Assembly (NCBI GenBank): GCA_000002445.1
Contig: CH464491.1
Coordinates: 2,688,001 to 2,752,000 of the forward strand
Direction: 5' to 3'
Source: Trypanosoma brucei
Lineage: Eukaryota
DNA: 64,000 nucleotides
Under the pieces are notes generated by a model, which worked only from the letters and a program-made list of their open reading frames with translations, was not told the DNA's origin and made no database searches. Of the stretch, positions 51,043 to 61,511 are shown piece by piece (within the stretch, counting starts at the first letter, position 1; each line of letters starts with the position of its first letter). Made by a program: the position numbers and the translations under genes.

Positions 51043-52860
51043 ATGTTTAGTGAGTCTTTGTACTCGTTTCACACAGTCTCTGCTGACAAAAACCAAAGCA
51101 ACAACCAGAAGGGCTTGTTGGAGGATGAGCCATGTCAATACTCAAATGGAAACAATGAGCCTGGAAGTAAAGCAAAAGGGAACAGGGATCATGAACTTGT
51201 TGGAAGGTGGGGGAGCCCACGACACGGTGGAGGCGTTGGGGTTAGAATCAGCACGTCCGTTTCTGGGAAATTTGACAAACGATGTCCAAAACCTAGCGAA
51301 GGGTACGTGCCACCACACTATGTTGGTTTACCGAAATATTGGTTACCAAATGAGACCTTTCATCCGGAAATAAACCCCCGAAGTCAACGCATCACCAAGT
51401 GGGAAAACTATGTGGGAAATAGTGAGCGCTACCATGCGATTTGCGAGCTCGTGAAGGAGTTGTGGCTTGCGAACGCGCCTGTCAACGGGAACGAGATGGG
51501 CATCGATGGTGTGAACGGTGCCCTACGGCAACTGGGTATCGAGGTGTGGTCTCCGCTCGCAGAGAATTTTTTCTCGGAGCTATCGTTAAATGAAACAAAT
51601 GGACAGCGACTTGTGGGATACAGTGCCTTCAAACGCGTATTTGTTAGGGAACTTCAGGCCCTCTTAACTCCTTCATCAGGCACCAATAGATTGGATGGTG
51701 AGGGTGTCCCAAGGGGTGACACTTGCGGTGTGCGGTTATGTGACCCCAATACGATATGTTCAAGTATACAAACGCTTAGAAGACATCAAAGCACACAGGG
51801 AGCATCAAGCAAAAATACAGTGTCGTCTGCTGCAGCTTCCTCTTCGTTCCGGCGCACTGCCGCTGGTGAACCTTCGGTTGGGTGGCCGGGCATATCCGAT
51901 ATTTGCTCCGCACTCTCTGGCCACGATCTCTTGGGTGTAACTGCGGCCGACGTGTACCTCAGTCCTGATAGTAGGAGACGGTCATCCATCCTGGGTTCGT
52001 CATCTACAGGTACTGATGCACTGCAACGGGTGATGGGACGGGGCAACCAGGGCTTGTACCCTTTGCCCATCGGTGCAAACGGTAAAACACTGGACGGGGT
52101 GTCTGTAGTGAGCAGAATGTCTATCGCCAATTCCTGTGAAGGTGACTCCTGCACACCCGTTGCTCGTTCCAGACGATCGTCTTCGCATCGGAGTGCACTG
52201 GCGGTTGTTACGAGTCCCAACAAGTGCGAAGGGAGAAAGTTGCGAAGGGCGGATGAGGGCTCTCCAGAGGCCGCAGGTGCCCAAAGGAGGGGTAGGTCAA
52301 CCACGAAAACGAAAGGAGGTAAACAAAAAACCCGTCAGAAGTCTAGAGGCTCGTCCGCTACACCACGGCGACCTTCGCGGAAAAGCAGCTCGAAGAGGAG
52401 AAACCGTAGCGGCTCGAAGAGGAGGAACCGTAGCGGCTCAAAGAGGAGGAACCGTAGCAGCAGTAGCCGTGGTAGGTTGCCGCAAGAGTGCGAGGGACGT
52501 GACGATTCAAGCACTTCCCTTTCATCTGTGAGAATTGTGAAGAATCCTACCGGGACGCAGCGGGACGGATCAGTGGTAGAAGACGAGAGCCATTACGGCC
52601 CCTGCGATGCAGCGGGAAGGGGGTCGTATCGTTCACGCGTAATGACCCTTCACCGTTGGCGGAGAACTTCACCACCTGTGTTATGCGTGGATGTAAGGAT
52701 GCCCGACGACAAGAGGGGTACCTTTGATGTTTACAGGGGTGACACTGTGGAGGGGCTTGTGGGCGACTTCGCGAGTGCGTACAACTTGAGTGATAGGTTA
52801 AGCAAACGCCTGGAGAGGTTGCTGGCAAGGAAGCTTGAGTACTACAAATGGAAACTTTGA
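51043..52860 (+). CDS. hypothetical protein with S/R/K-rich tract containing perfect tandem octapeptide repeats
   Basis: ORF-track start 50971 is GTG; first ATG 51043; (SKRRNRSG)x3 encoded by 24-nt tandem repeats at ~52390-52461. Confidence 0.45.
   Translation: MFSESLYSFHTVSADKNQSNNQKGLLEDEPCQYSNGNNEPGSKAKGNRDHELVGRWGSPRHGGGVGVRISTSVSGKFDKRCPKPSEGYVPPHYVGLPKYWLPNETFHPEINPRSQRITKWENYVGNSERYHAICELVKELWLANAPVNGNEMGIDGVNGALRQLGIEVWSPLAENFFSELSLNETNGQRLVGYSAFKRVFVRELQALLTPSSGTNRLDGEGVPRGDTCGVRLCDPNTICSSIQTLRRHQSTQGASSKNTVSSAAASSSFRRTAAGEPSVGWPGISDICSALSGHDLLGVTAADVYLSPDSRRRSSILGSSSTGTDALQRVMGRGNQGLYPLPIGANGKTLDGVSVVSRMSIANSCEGDSCTPVARSRRSSSHRSALAVVTSPNKCEGRKLRRADEGSPEAAGAQRRGRSTTKTKGGKQKTRQKSRGSSATPRRPSRKSSSKRRNRSGSKRRNRSGSKRRNRSSSSRGRLPQECEGRDDSSTSLSSVRIVKNPTGTQRDGSVVEDESHYGPCDAAGRGSYRSRVMTLHRWRRTSPPVLCVDVRMPDDKRGTFDVYRGDTVEGLVGDFASAYNLSDRLSKRLERLLARKLEYYKWKL
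52390..52461 (+). repeat. 3 x 24-nt in-frame tandem repeat (tcgaagaggag[a/g]aaccgtagcggc) inside CDS
   Basis: Directly visible; encodes SKRRNRSG SKRRNRSG SKRRNRSS. Confidence 0.9.
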
Positions 52861-53473
52861 TGTGAAAAAATAGCTTGAAACTGTACTTGTGGGGAAACTG
52901 AAGTTCCCAGTGATTATAGATAAGGTTGAGGGTACGCGGTCACACACGACTCTCCCTCCTTTATAAAAAATGTTCATAGGGAGGAGGCGGCCGTCCAATA
53001 TATAGAGAGGCATAGATATGGTCGCTTTTAGCTGTGAGTACGGTTTATAAAACTATATCTGTACGTATGCTCTTCTCCTGTAACACTGAATGATGCTTGC
53101 TTGTCAATCATTAATATCTAAGCAGCCTCTGGGCGTGCTCTAAGTAGGATGTTTCAGTTTATTGGTTTACGACTCTTCCTTGAATCAAAAAATATATGAA
53201 AGTGTCTTTAGGGACCGTGTTTGTGTGTGTGGGGGGGGGAATCTGTCTGTTCAAGGTGAATGGCGCTCCGCACGTTCTCCTTACCCTTTTGCCGAACTGT
53301 TTCTCTTCCTCTTCTTCACTTCTTTTTAAACATGTGCCTCCATCACCGGCAATTTACTAAAGAGAGACGCTTCCTTTTACCGTAGGATATACCATAGCTG
53401 CGGAGTGGAAGCGGTCCGGTATAAGTGGGGTGGAGTGAGAGATAGGATAGGCGACAACCACTTAACACTTGCA

Positions 53474-55063
53474 ATGACTAGCAGGAAGCGGCCGCGGGAA
53501 GCAGCTACATATCATGACATTCGTTTGATGTGTCAGCACGCGAGGGAACGGGAGGCGTTGCTACGCACGGGGCCGTTCTTTGTGGAGCGCATTCTGGCGC
53601 CCCGTCTTGTGGGTATTCATTACAGAGTGGACGGTTTATTGACCGACCCCAGTCGGTTGAGCCGTGACAGCGAGGTGCGTGTGCCACTAAAGTGGCGGCA
53701 GCGGTGCCAAGGACTACTTGCACTACCTCAACACGCACAAGTAGAGGGTTTAAAACGACATTTTGGTTCGATGAACGTCGATGATTTCCGGACTGTGATC
53801 CCGTCACCAGTGTATGTCGCGACGAGGGGTGAGAGGAGTGGCATAAATGTTGCGGTAAGGGCACTAGCCCCTGTAACAGACGTGGTGTTTGACATGGAGG
53901 AGCAATTTGCCGTTGTATGCCAGCGGCGCCGCTTCTCTACCTACGCAATTAGCAGTTGGATGGAGAGTTTAGATGTACCTTCCATTCCTGGTGCTGCAGT
54001 CCCTCTAGTTTCAGTTGAGCCGCAAGGCTTCTCGAGTCTCGGGTTTGCCCTCTCAGCGTTGCAATTTTTGTCATCTTCACTTCATGTTATTGCCGGTTAC
54101 CATAGAGCCCCAGTGGTGGATATCTTTGACTTGGAGAATGTTGACGAGGAGACGAGTGAGCCCCAGCAGCGGTTCAACCTGACGGATGTGAAGGAAAACG
54201 GAAACGTTGAGGATGGTTCAAGCGCCTACGCAAACGATGTTATGCCAATGGACAGATACGTTAGTTTGGGGGCGCTGTCATCAGGGTTGTCCGTGTGGTT
54301 AGACAGTCGTAGCGGAAAGGCGGAGGCATGTACTGGAGTCTTAACGCGCCAATACACTATTGGGGCCCACAACCGCCATACGGGCCGCCGTGATCCACTC
54401 GCATGCGTAACCTCCTTGTGCCAAGGCAACCCTGCGAACATACTTCTAGGAACGGAGGCTGGAGCGTTGCAGCTGTGGGACGTGCGTTGCGCCAGAGAGT
54501 GCGTGGCCCAACATATGACATCGGCGTCAATCTGTCGCCTCCATCCATCGTACTCATATCCCCTGCGCAACGTTGTGTGGCTTAACACGTTAGCGGGCTG
54601 CGTGGAAGCTGTAAGCGTTGGACAGAGCGACATGGAGCTGTTGGCACGACGTCTGTGCCCGGACTTCCAGCGTTCATCCTCAACGTTTCATTTACCGCCA
54701 CCACGTCTCTCCTTCATGGAGTCCTCTGGGGTTGTGGCTTGTCCACACATATCTTCCGGCAAACTGTTGCTTTATGATGGGAGTTCCTTGGTAAAACAGC
54801 CGAACAACTCTCGCACACAGTTATCTTCATATAATAGAGGTGTGGATGGAAAGGACAACGAGTATGAAAACGGGCATTGTAGCAATTTTGGTGGTTTTCT
54901 TCGGGAGGCATCCTCTTCCAGTGAGGAAAGTGGAGAGCGTGAAATTCCGCTGCTGAATGCTCTGCCCTCTGAGGCTAATGCGCTCGTGACTGCATGCACC
55001 GTGTGGAGCAACCGCGATATGTTCGTGCTTGGGGATGAAACAGGCCGAGTGCAGCTCCTGTAA
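53474..55063 (+). CDS. hypothetical protein (possible degenerate WD-like segments)
   Basis: ORF-track start 53405 is GTG; ATG 53474; 529 aa; short WD-like snippets (LGTEAGALQLWDVRC; VLGDETGRVQLL); no firm domain. Confidence 0.45.
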   Translation: MTSRKRPREAATYHDIRLMCQHAREREALLRTGPFFVERILAPRLVGIHYRVDGLLTDPSRLSRDSEVRVPLKWRQRCQGLLALPQHAQVEGLKRHFGSMNVDDFRTVIPSPVYVATRGERSGINVAVRALAPVTDVVFDMEEQFAVVCQRRRFSTYAISSWMESLDVPSIPGAAVPLVSVEPQGFSSLGFALSALQFLSSSLHVIAGYHRAPVVDIFDLENVDEETSEPQQRFNLTDVKENGNVEDGSSAYANDVMPMDRYVSLGALSSGLSVWLDSRSGKAEACTGVLTRQYTIGAHNRHTGRRDPLACVTSLCQGNPANILLGTEAGALQLWDVRCARECVAQHMTSASICRLHPSYSYPLRNVVWLNTLAGCVEAVSVGQSDMELLARRLCPDFQRSSSTFHLPPPRLSFMESSGVVACPHISSGKLLLYDGSSLVKQPNNSRTQLSSYNRGVDGKDNEYENGHCSNFGGFLREASSSSEESGEREIPLLNALPSEANALVTACTVWSNRDMFVLGDETGRVQLL

Positions 55064-55417
55064 TATACAAACTCGTAGAGAGGTAGATGGGCATTGTCTC
55101 CCGTTGTCTGTCTTACCATCATTTTTCTTCACGCATATGTCACTACTTTTTTATACACCAGTCGGTGGCGATTGGTTATGTTGTCACGCACGCTCTTTAT
55201 ACATAGGAGCGCCTTGTTACTTGTACATTCACTTTGCATGAACACACGTGTGTGTGGTAAAAAAAAAAGCTATGGGGATGCGACAAGTTTATTTGTGGTG
55301 ATGTTGACAACAGTGATAATAGTGTCAGGGTTATGTATTGTTCTTTCCGTGCCATTTACCATCTGGGACTTAGGTAGGCTTAACTAAAAATTACTCAGAG
55401 AGGAACGTTAAACGCAG

Positions 55418-56284
55418 ATGCTCCGTCGCAGTGGTTGCTTCCTCAACATGGGGCTGGGGGACGAGTACGTGAAAAAGGTGTTCAACAGCGTGGCCAGCAA
55501 GTATGATATGATGAACGATGTTCTTTCGCTTGGCATACACCGCCTGTGGAAGCGCGAATTTGTCCGTGACTACGTACGACCGTGCCCTGGTGGATCGTAC
55601 GTTGACGTCGCTGGAGGTACTGGCGATATTGCCTTTCGCATAATTGATGAAGTGCGCCAGTTGGAACGGGGACTTCCAGGCCTTACACCTCCCGACTTTC
55701 GAGGAGTTGGTGTGACGGTTGTGGACATTAATGAACAGATGGTTCACGAGGGAGAGGCCCGGGCAGCACGGGAAGGATATGATGGTTTGGAGTGGATTGT
55801 CGCCAGCGGGGAGGAGCTTCCGTTGGATGACATGCAGTTCGATGGCTACACGGTATCGTTTGGCCTGCGGAATTTCAGTGACAGGCCGAAAGCCCTTCGA
55901 GAAGCGCATCGAGTGCTGAAAGTGGGTGGTGTACTGAGCGTGCTGGAGTTTAGCAAAGTCACGTGCTCGCTGCTGCGCGTGCCTTACGACGTGTGGTCTT
56001 ACGGTTTCATTCCACAAGCCGGCCGGATTTTGGCAAATGAGGAAAGCTATAGGTACCTTGTGGATAGCATTAGAGCCTTTCCCGATCAGGAGACCCTCGC
56101 AGAGATGATTCGGGAGGCGGGATTCGGTTACGTGAGGTATGATAATCTCTCTGGCGGAATCGCATGCGTACACACCGCAGTAAAAACGGAGGCTGTTCCA
56201 ATACATAAACCTAAGTCAGAGGTAGAAAACGCTATGGCGCAACAGGAGCGAGTGGTAGAAGACAGTAAAGTGGGGGCTGCATAG
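55418..56284 (+). CDS. COQ5: 2-methoxy-6-polyprenyl-1,4-benzoquinol methylase (UbiE/COQ5 family SAM methyltransferase)
   Basis: YVKKVFNSVASKYDMMNDVLSLGIHRLWKR (UbiE N-terminal signature Y-D-x-M-N-D-x-x-S-x-G-x-H-R-x-W-K); SAM motif I VDVAGGTGDIAF; post-I and motif II regions present. Confidence 0.85.
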   Translation: MLRRSGCFLNMGLGDEYVKKVFNSVASKYDMMNDVLSLGIHRLWKREFVRDYVRPCPGGSYVDVAGGTGDIAFRIIDEVRQLERGLPGLTPPDFRGVGVTVVDINEQMVHEGEARAAREGYDGLEWIVASGEELPLDDMQFDGYTVSFGLRNFSDRPKALREAHRVLKVGGVLSVLEFSKVTCSLLRVPYDVWSYGFIPQAGRILANEESYRYLVDSIRAFPDQETLAEMIREAGFGYVRYDNLSGGIACVHTAVKTEAVPIHKPKSEVENAMAQQERVVEDSKVGAA

Positions 56285-56765
56285 AAAACTCTCCCGATTG
56301 AGCTGTGTTGTGCAACATTTGTTGAAAACATACAAGCAGAATTAAGTATAGTAGTCGCAGGGGAACTTTAATCATTCATATGCCACAAGGCGTATAATAG
56401 TGGTGGGCTTATATATTTTCTTATTCAACCCTTGCTGCATGCCGGGGCCTACGTTTTGTGTTCGTTGTAGCTCCACTTTGGCAACGGCCACGCTATGCCC
56501 TGTTACTTTTTTCATTATATTTTGCACGTCGTGTTTTAATCAATTTTGTATTATCCGGTTCATTCTTCATTTTTTCCCCCTCCCGTGCATTTTAGCGTGT
56601 AACGACGGCGGCGCCTGACCTAATCATTGTCGGCTGCACACGAGGTTCATTGCAACCGTCTAGAGAGTTACGAGGGGTGGTAGTGGTGAGTACCATAAAG
56701 GAAAAGGACCGAAAAAAAAATAGGAGGCAAACAAAAAACACACACTAGCGGGGGACGCATACAGG

Positions 56766-56785
56766 TATATATATATATATATATT
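56766..56785. repeat. (TA)n microsatellite
   Basis: tatatatatatatatatata. Confidence 0.9.
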
Positions 56786-57124
56786 ACGCGCGCACAGAAT
56801 TGGAAAGTCTTTTTTTTTCCGTAATCCTCCTGCGAGCAGGTAGCGGAGACACATAAACGAAGAAGGGGTAATTACAGTAAACGGCTCTAGGAACATACCC
56901 CACCCCTGGAACGCACGTAGAACGAGCATTAGAAATCGAAGTTCAAGGACTGCCGAGGAGAAGCACTACATTACGAAAACGCTGTACTGCGCGATCTTGT
57001 TTTAGTTTTTTTGGCCTGTAGCCTCTGTGGTAGCGAAAATCGACGATACAAAAAAAGAATAAAAGAAGCAACAGAGTGGATTGCCTGCCAGTAGGTTGAG
57101 TAAAAGAAGGGACGGGGCACAGTC

Positions 57125-60100
57125 ATGTTCAATGTCTCACCAGCGAGTCGTGACCGCGTGCGTTCTGAGAGTCAGCGCACCCCGCGCCCCCGCAGCTCAC
57201 TCTCCATGCCACGTGAATTGTCCTACACACCCGCCATATCTTCCATTCCTTCGAGCCTGCACACACCGTTTATTCAAAAGTGCTACGTTCAGGGGGACAA
57301 TTCCACTGAGGGTCAGCAGCAGCAGCAGCAGCAACCGCCTGATCACATGACTGTCGTATTTGAAAGTGATAACATGCAACTGACAACAACAAGTTTGCTC
57401 GGGAAAGGTGGGTTTGGTCGAGTGTACGTGGCCCAGTCAAGTGGCGGGGAGTTGTGCGCCTTGAAAGTATCGTCGAAACAAATGACGGATGGTGACTGGG
57501 AGCGGTTGCGCAAAGAGGTGGCGCTTATGAGTCACTTCTCGCAGCACCCCAACGTGGTGAAGCTAATTGCTGCCGGTCGAGATAGGAATTTTGCGTATGT
57601 GGCGATGGAGTGCTGTGCGAGTCGGTCGCTGCATGACATTATTAACAAACATGGTCTCGAAGTGCCAGAAATTTTGTGGGTCGGCTATGCACTCATTGAT
57701 ACAATCGCTTTTCTGCACGCCAAGGGTTGCATACACCGGGACCTAAAGCCACAGAACCTTTTGTTTGACTTCGATGGAAACCTGAAGATAAGTGATTTTG
57801 GACTTTCAAGCAACGTTACCGAATCTGAACCACGGAAGACGGTTGCCGGGACGGCAATGTATATGGCACCCGAAATTGCTGGCGCAGTGTATAAACGCAT
57901 GACCAACGATAACAGCTCTAGTTCACTGCGCTACGGTCAGGAGGTTGACACATGGAGCATTGGTGTGGTGTTGTACGTCATGTTGACGCGCATGAACCCG
58001 TACGCGCAGGCGCTTGAAAATGAAGGTGCACACGAGATGAACAAGACGCAGAAGACACTCACCTTATTTAGTGCGGTTGCGGGGGCCGCTTGGCACTGGC
58101 CGGCGGGTTGGAGAGGCGACAAGGAACTAAGTGATGTTGTCAATCAAATACTGCATCGCAATCCAGCTCAGCGAGCCACGCTACAAGATATACTGCAGCA
58201 CCCTGTTTGGGACCGACGGCCGCTTTCGTGTCCGCTCACGCTGCTGCAAAAACTGAATTTAGTCGAGCGACGACCGTTTACCCGAACCGGAGCGGTAGGC
58301 CGCTCATGCAGCCGTGCTCCTGAAGGTATGCAGCCCCAATATGCCACCAAAACGGCAGAAGTTGTGCTCCTAGAGGGGCTAAACCAAGTGATTCAAGTCG
58401 AAGAGAGCACTCGTACTCAACTCGTCCTTGAAAGCAATGAGGTGATAAATCTCATATTCGGAACCCTGAAGCTGCATGCCTCAGAGGCTAACGGAAGGCG
58501 GTTTATTGTGATAGATGAGAAAGGTTGCCGCAAGAACATCGAAGACATGTTGCTGACCACTCGCCCGGTGCGTTGTCGCAGCCATGAGTTAGTGTCGACA
58601 GCGGTGTGTGCAAAACAGCCCAAACGTGGAACAAGGGTCGGTTCCTCATTAAGGCCGCAAAGGGAATCCAGTGTTTTGTTGGCGGGTCCATTAGCTTTCG
58701 GCCAGACTCAAGATGCTGGAGAGATTGTCCGCGCAGCGTCTGACAGGTACGCTGTGGTGTTCAGTGGACGTGAAACCTCCACACGGTGGTCTCTCCGCAA
58801 TGTCATCTCACTCCCTCGAGAACTTAACGCTGCAATTGAGGAGGTTACGTGCATTAACAAACACCAAATGAAGAAACTTATCAAAATACCCCTGGGTTAT
58901 GTCGGGTTTGATTGCAACGTATGCGACAGTGCGATTGATGATATTAGTATCGAGAAACCAGTTTTTCGATGTCATAAGTGCGACTACGACCTCTGCATGA
59001 ATTGTGCTTACGAGGGGAAAATAAAGGACGTTAACTTTGTTTGTGTTTCATGCATGAAAAAGTTTGCGTCCTCTTCAAAGCTCGAAGCACATTCAGCTAA
59101 GTGCCGTGGCCCAAGCATGAGCCCCTCGGCACGCTGCTCTTCCCGTCGAAACACGATGCTTTGGGAGCAATTGGAAAACGAGGGCGGAAGTCTGCTGGAT
59201 ATCCGGTTGCCTACCGAAACTAAACCGCGACGTAGTGCCCGTACATCTTGCCGTACCTCCGGTGGTCGAGAGTCGTCGGGTGGTCGCATTAGTATTGGTG
59301 ACAGCTATGTACCAGGACCGGAGGACTTAGGCACAATGGTAGTAGCGCACCGTGACGCCAATTTCCCTGAAATGCCAAAATTCTCCACTCAGAGCGATAG
59401 CAAGGCAAGCTCCCCTTTCGGTGAGAAGGAGGGCGCTGATAAAAATTATAGGCAGAGTTTCTCCTTTGAACTTCCCCCTCAGGTTCGGCTCTCTAAACAT
59501 CGTAGGGATAAGGGAGCGGAACCACGGAGTTCGGAAGAATTGCGCGAGATTGTAGATGAGCTTACGCCAACACCTAAAAGGGTGCGTACAGAAGCACGGC
59601 AGAATTCTTGTGAGCCATATGCTCCCCAAGTGAATGACGCAGGCTTGGTTGTCGGCATTGCTGCGCGGTCTCGTGTTGAAAGGGAGGGAAGTCTGCGTGG
59701 GGAACAGCAATCCCGTAACGTCGTAGTAATCCGTGCAGACAACGCGGCGAAACCACAAGACCTGCGAAAGCAGTCTCAGGTTCCTCGAAGCGCTTCGTCA
59801 AGTCAACCTGGTAGTAGGATGGAGTCGCAAGCTATCGATACTCTCTCGAAGCCGGCCCCTAAGAATGTGGCAGTACGAGAGTATCGGTCCGCGTCCGGCC
59901 AGCGCGATCCACTGGTGCCGAGAACGTCACTGCCTTCAGCTCAGACTGGAGAAATTTTCGGTGCACCGCCTCTCCCACGAATCGTCACCTCCGGGAGGTC
60001 TAGCGTACCACGTTCAATGTCGTACACATTGCCATCTGCTGCTGGTGTTGCGCGACGCCAGACATCCCAGCCTTTAGTGAACTTACTTGGAGGGGTCCCT

Positions 60101-60907
60101 GTCGGGGCGTATGGGGGCGGATCTTTCAACCCCGGCGAGCGCAATGCTTCCATCAGCAACACCAACAGAACTGTTGGACCGGGGCAAGGTGGGACGGCGT
60201 ACCTGGCCCTTCCTCGGGACAAGCAAAACCGGGATCGCTTTGTTGATGACTTCCTAAGCGGGGCGTGGGTAAGGGTTTACTCTTTCATTGGTTCTGAAGT
60301 TGTTGTGATGTATTATTCTGTGCAACCCGGTAGGTACGGTGCCCTCTTCCCCACAGAGGAGGGAGCAGCTACGGCAGTTCTGGACATACACTCTAAGTTG
60401 GTGCTATACGTGCCGCGTATGGATAAGGATACCGTTACTCGGACCCAGTGCCATCCGAATGTTCTAAGTTTCTTTCAAGACGAAATACGCATTCTACCCG
60501 CTACAAGTGCAGAGAAAACCCTCGGTGGTGTGCTTCGTGGCATAATGGGTTTCGTTAGTGAACTTACGAAATGTCGTGGGGAGGGAGAAAAGTATGCAGC
60601 AGCGCAGTCTGCATACATTCACCAACGTGAGAAGGGTGCGGTCCCCGCGGGCACAAAGTTCGCGTATGTGAGAAAGGCGTTCCCAGATCCAGCAGGCTCT
60701 TTCGTGTTGTTCCGTTTGTCCAACCTGCGGTCGCAGGTAGTTTTTAACAACGCACTCCTAGACATCCGTTGGCAAAGCGACAAGAACCATAATGTTGGGC
60801 AAAAGTACTACGTGCGGCCCAACGGCGAGGCCGGACCATTTACTGCGGAGCACTCAGGTATCCTCAATCACGTAAATTTGGTGATGCGCAACGTCTACCG
60901 GAAATGA
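57125..60907 (+). CDS. Polo-like-kinase-type Ser/Thr protein kinase with internal ZZ and C2HC zinc fingers and polo-box-like C-terminus
   Basis: LLGKGGFGRVYVA, VAIK-like ALKVSSK, AMECCASRSL (PLK L-E-L-C-x-R-R-S-L), HRDLKPQNLL, ISDFGLS, PRKTVAGTAMYMAPE (PLK R-K-K-T-L-C-G-T-P-N-Y-I-A-P-E); ZZ finger CNVCDSAIDD...FRCHKCDYDLCMNCAYEG; C-terminal FRLSNLRSQVVFNNALLDIRW resembles polo-box [21 protein letters not shown]. Confidence 0.8.
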   Translation: MFNVSPASRDRVRSESQRTPRPRSSLSMPRELSYTPAISSIPSSLHTPFIQKCYVQGDNSTEGQQQQQQQPPDHMTVVFESDNMQLTTTSLLGKGGFGRVYVAQSSGGELCALKVSSKQMTDGDWERLRKEVALMSHFSQHPNVVKLIAAGRDRNFAYVAMECCASRSLHDIINKHGLEVPEILWVGYALIDTIAFLHAKGCIHRDLKPQNLLFDFDGNLKISDFGLSSNVTESEPRKTVAGTAMYMAPEIAGAVYKRMTNDNSSSSLRYGQEVDTWSIGVVLYVMLTRMNPYAQALENEGAHEMNKTQKTLTLFSAVAGAAWHWPAGWRGDKELSDVVNQILHRNPAQRATLQDILQHPVWDRRPLSCPLTLLQKLNLVERRPFTRTGAVGRSCSRAPEGMQPQYATKTAEVVLLEGLNQVIQVEESTRTQLVLESNEVINLIFGTLKLHASEANGRRFIVIDEKGCRKNIEDMLLTTRPVRCRSHELVSTAVCAKQPKRGTRVGSSLRPQRESSVLLAGPLAFGQTQDAGEIVRAASDRYAVVFSGRETSTRWSLRNVISLPRELNAAIEEVTCINKHQMKKLIKIPLGYVGFDCNVCDSAIDDISIEKPVFRCHKCDYDLCMNCAYEGKIKDVNFVCVSCMKKFASSSKLEAHSAKCRGPSMSPSARCSSRRNTMLWEQLENEGGSLLDIRLPTETKPRRSARTSCRTSGGRESSGGRISIGDSYVPGPEDLGTMVVAHRDANFPEMPKFSTQSDSKASSPFGEKEGADKNYRQSFSFELPPQVRLSKHRRDKGAEPRSSEELREIVDELTPTPKRVRTEARQNSCEPYAPQVNDAGLVVGIAARSRVEREGSLRGEQQSRNVVVIRADNAAKPQDLRKQSQVPRSASSSQPGSRMESQAIDTLSKPAPKNVAVREYRSASGQRDPLVPRTSLPSAQTGEIFGAPPLPRIVTSGRSSVPRSMSYTLPSAAGVARRQTSQPLVNLLGGVPVGAYGGGSFNPGERNASISNTNRTVGPGQGGTAYLALPRDKQNRDRFVDDFLSGAWVRVYSFIGSEVVVMYYSVQPGRYGALFPTEEGAATAVLDIHSKLVLYVPRMDKDTVTRTQCHPNVLSFFQDEIRILPATSAEKTLGGVLRGIMGFVSELTKCRGEGEKYAAAQSAYIHQREKGAVPAGTKFAYVRKAFPDPAGSFVLFRLSNLRSQVVFNNALLDIRWQSDKNHNVGQKYYVRPNGEAGPFTAEHSGILNHVNLVMRNVYRK
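57314..57334 (+). repeat. (CAG)7 coding polyglutamine run
   Basis: cagcagcagcagcagcagcaa inside kinase CDS. Confidence 0.9.
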
Positions 60908-61488
60908 GAAACTCACAAGTGAGTTACTCTTCTGCTGCCACGTGCGCACGCACGCTTCTGTGTTCGGGTACTTTGGTGTGTCTGCACGGCTCCGTATGCA
61001 TATGTGGTTGCTTCAGTGCGATATCCAGTGTCCGACCACCTCGTTGGGGAAGTAAAAAGATTTGCGTGATGAGAAAACCACCTGTGGGACACCGCGGTGA
61101 AATCCGCAGACGCGATACTGGAGTCCACAGTTTGAGACGCTTACTGTGTAGCTTTCATTTACGTTCACTTAAGATTTTGTTTTCCTTTCTATAACTTTTA
61201 TCTACAATTTTTTGTTTTTACCCCGCAACTTTGTGTTTATTCACATATCTACAAATAGATTTAGAGGCCATCTGAGGATGGGGGTCGAAAATGTGGGAAA
61301 CTTGTTTTGCGTGTTCATTGTGTGGGAAGGAAGTGGGGAAAGGGAAATAGACATAGAATGGTGTCTGGTCGTCTTTAATGTGCGTGCGAATTAAAACTGT
61401 TGCGACGACGTGCATTTGAACGGACACTCCCTTTTTAGCCTAGAGGCCCGCTTGTGAGGGGCCAGTGGGCCACGTTTATTACTATTAT

Positions 61489-61511
61489 GATATATATATA
61501 TATATATATAA
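61489..61511. repeat. (TA)n microsatellite
   Basis: gatatatatatatatatatatata. Confidence 0.9.

Noticed and set aside
55391-56206. 271-aa minus-strand ORF antisense to the COQ5/UbiE methyltransferase gene
   Set aside because: The + strand frame carries unmistakable UbiE/COQ5 and SAM-binding motifs (VDVAGGTGD). The antisense frame has no motifs and is the kind of long open antisense frame expected in GC-balanced coding DNA. All other genes are on the + strand.
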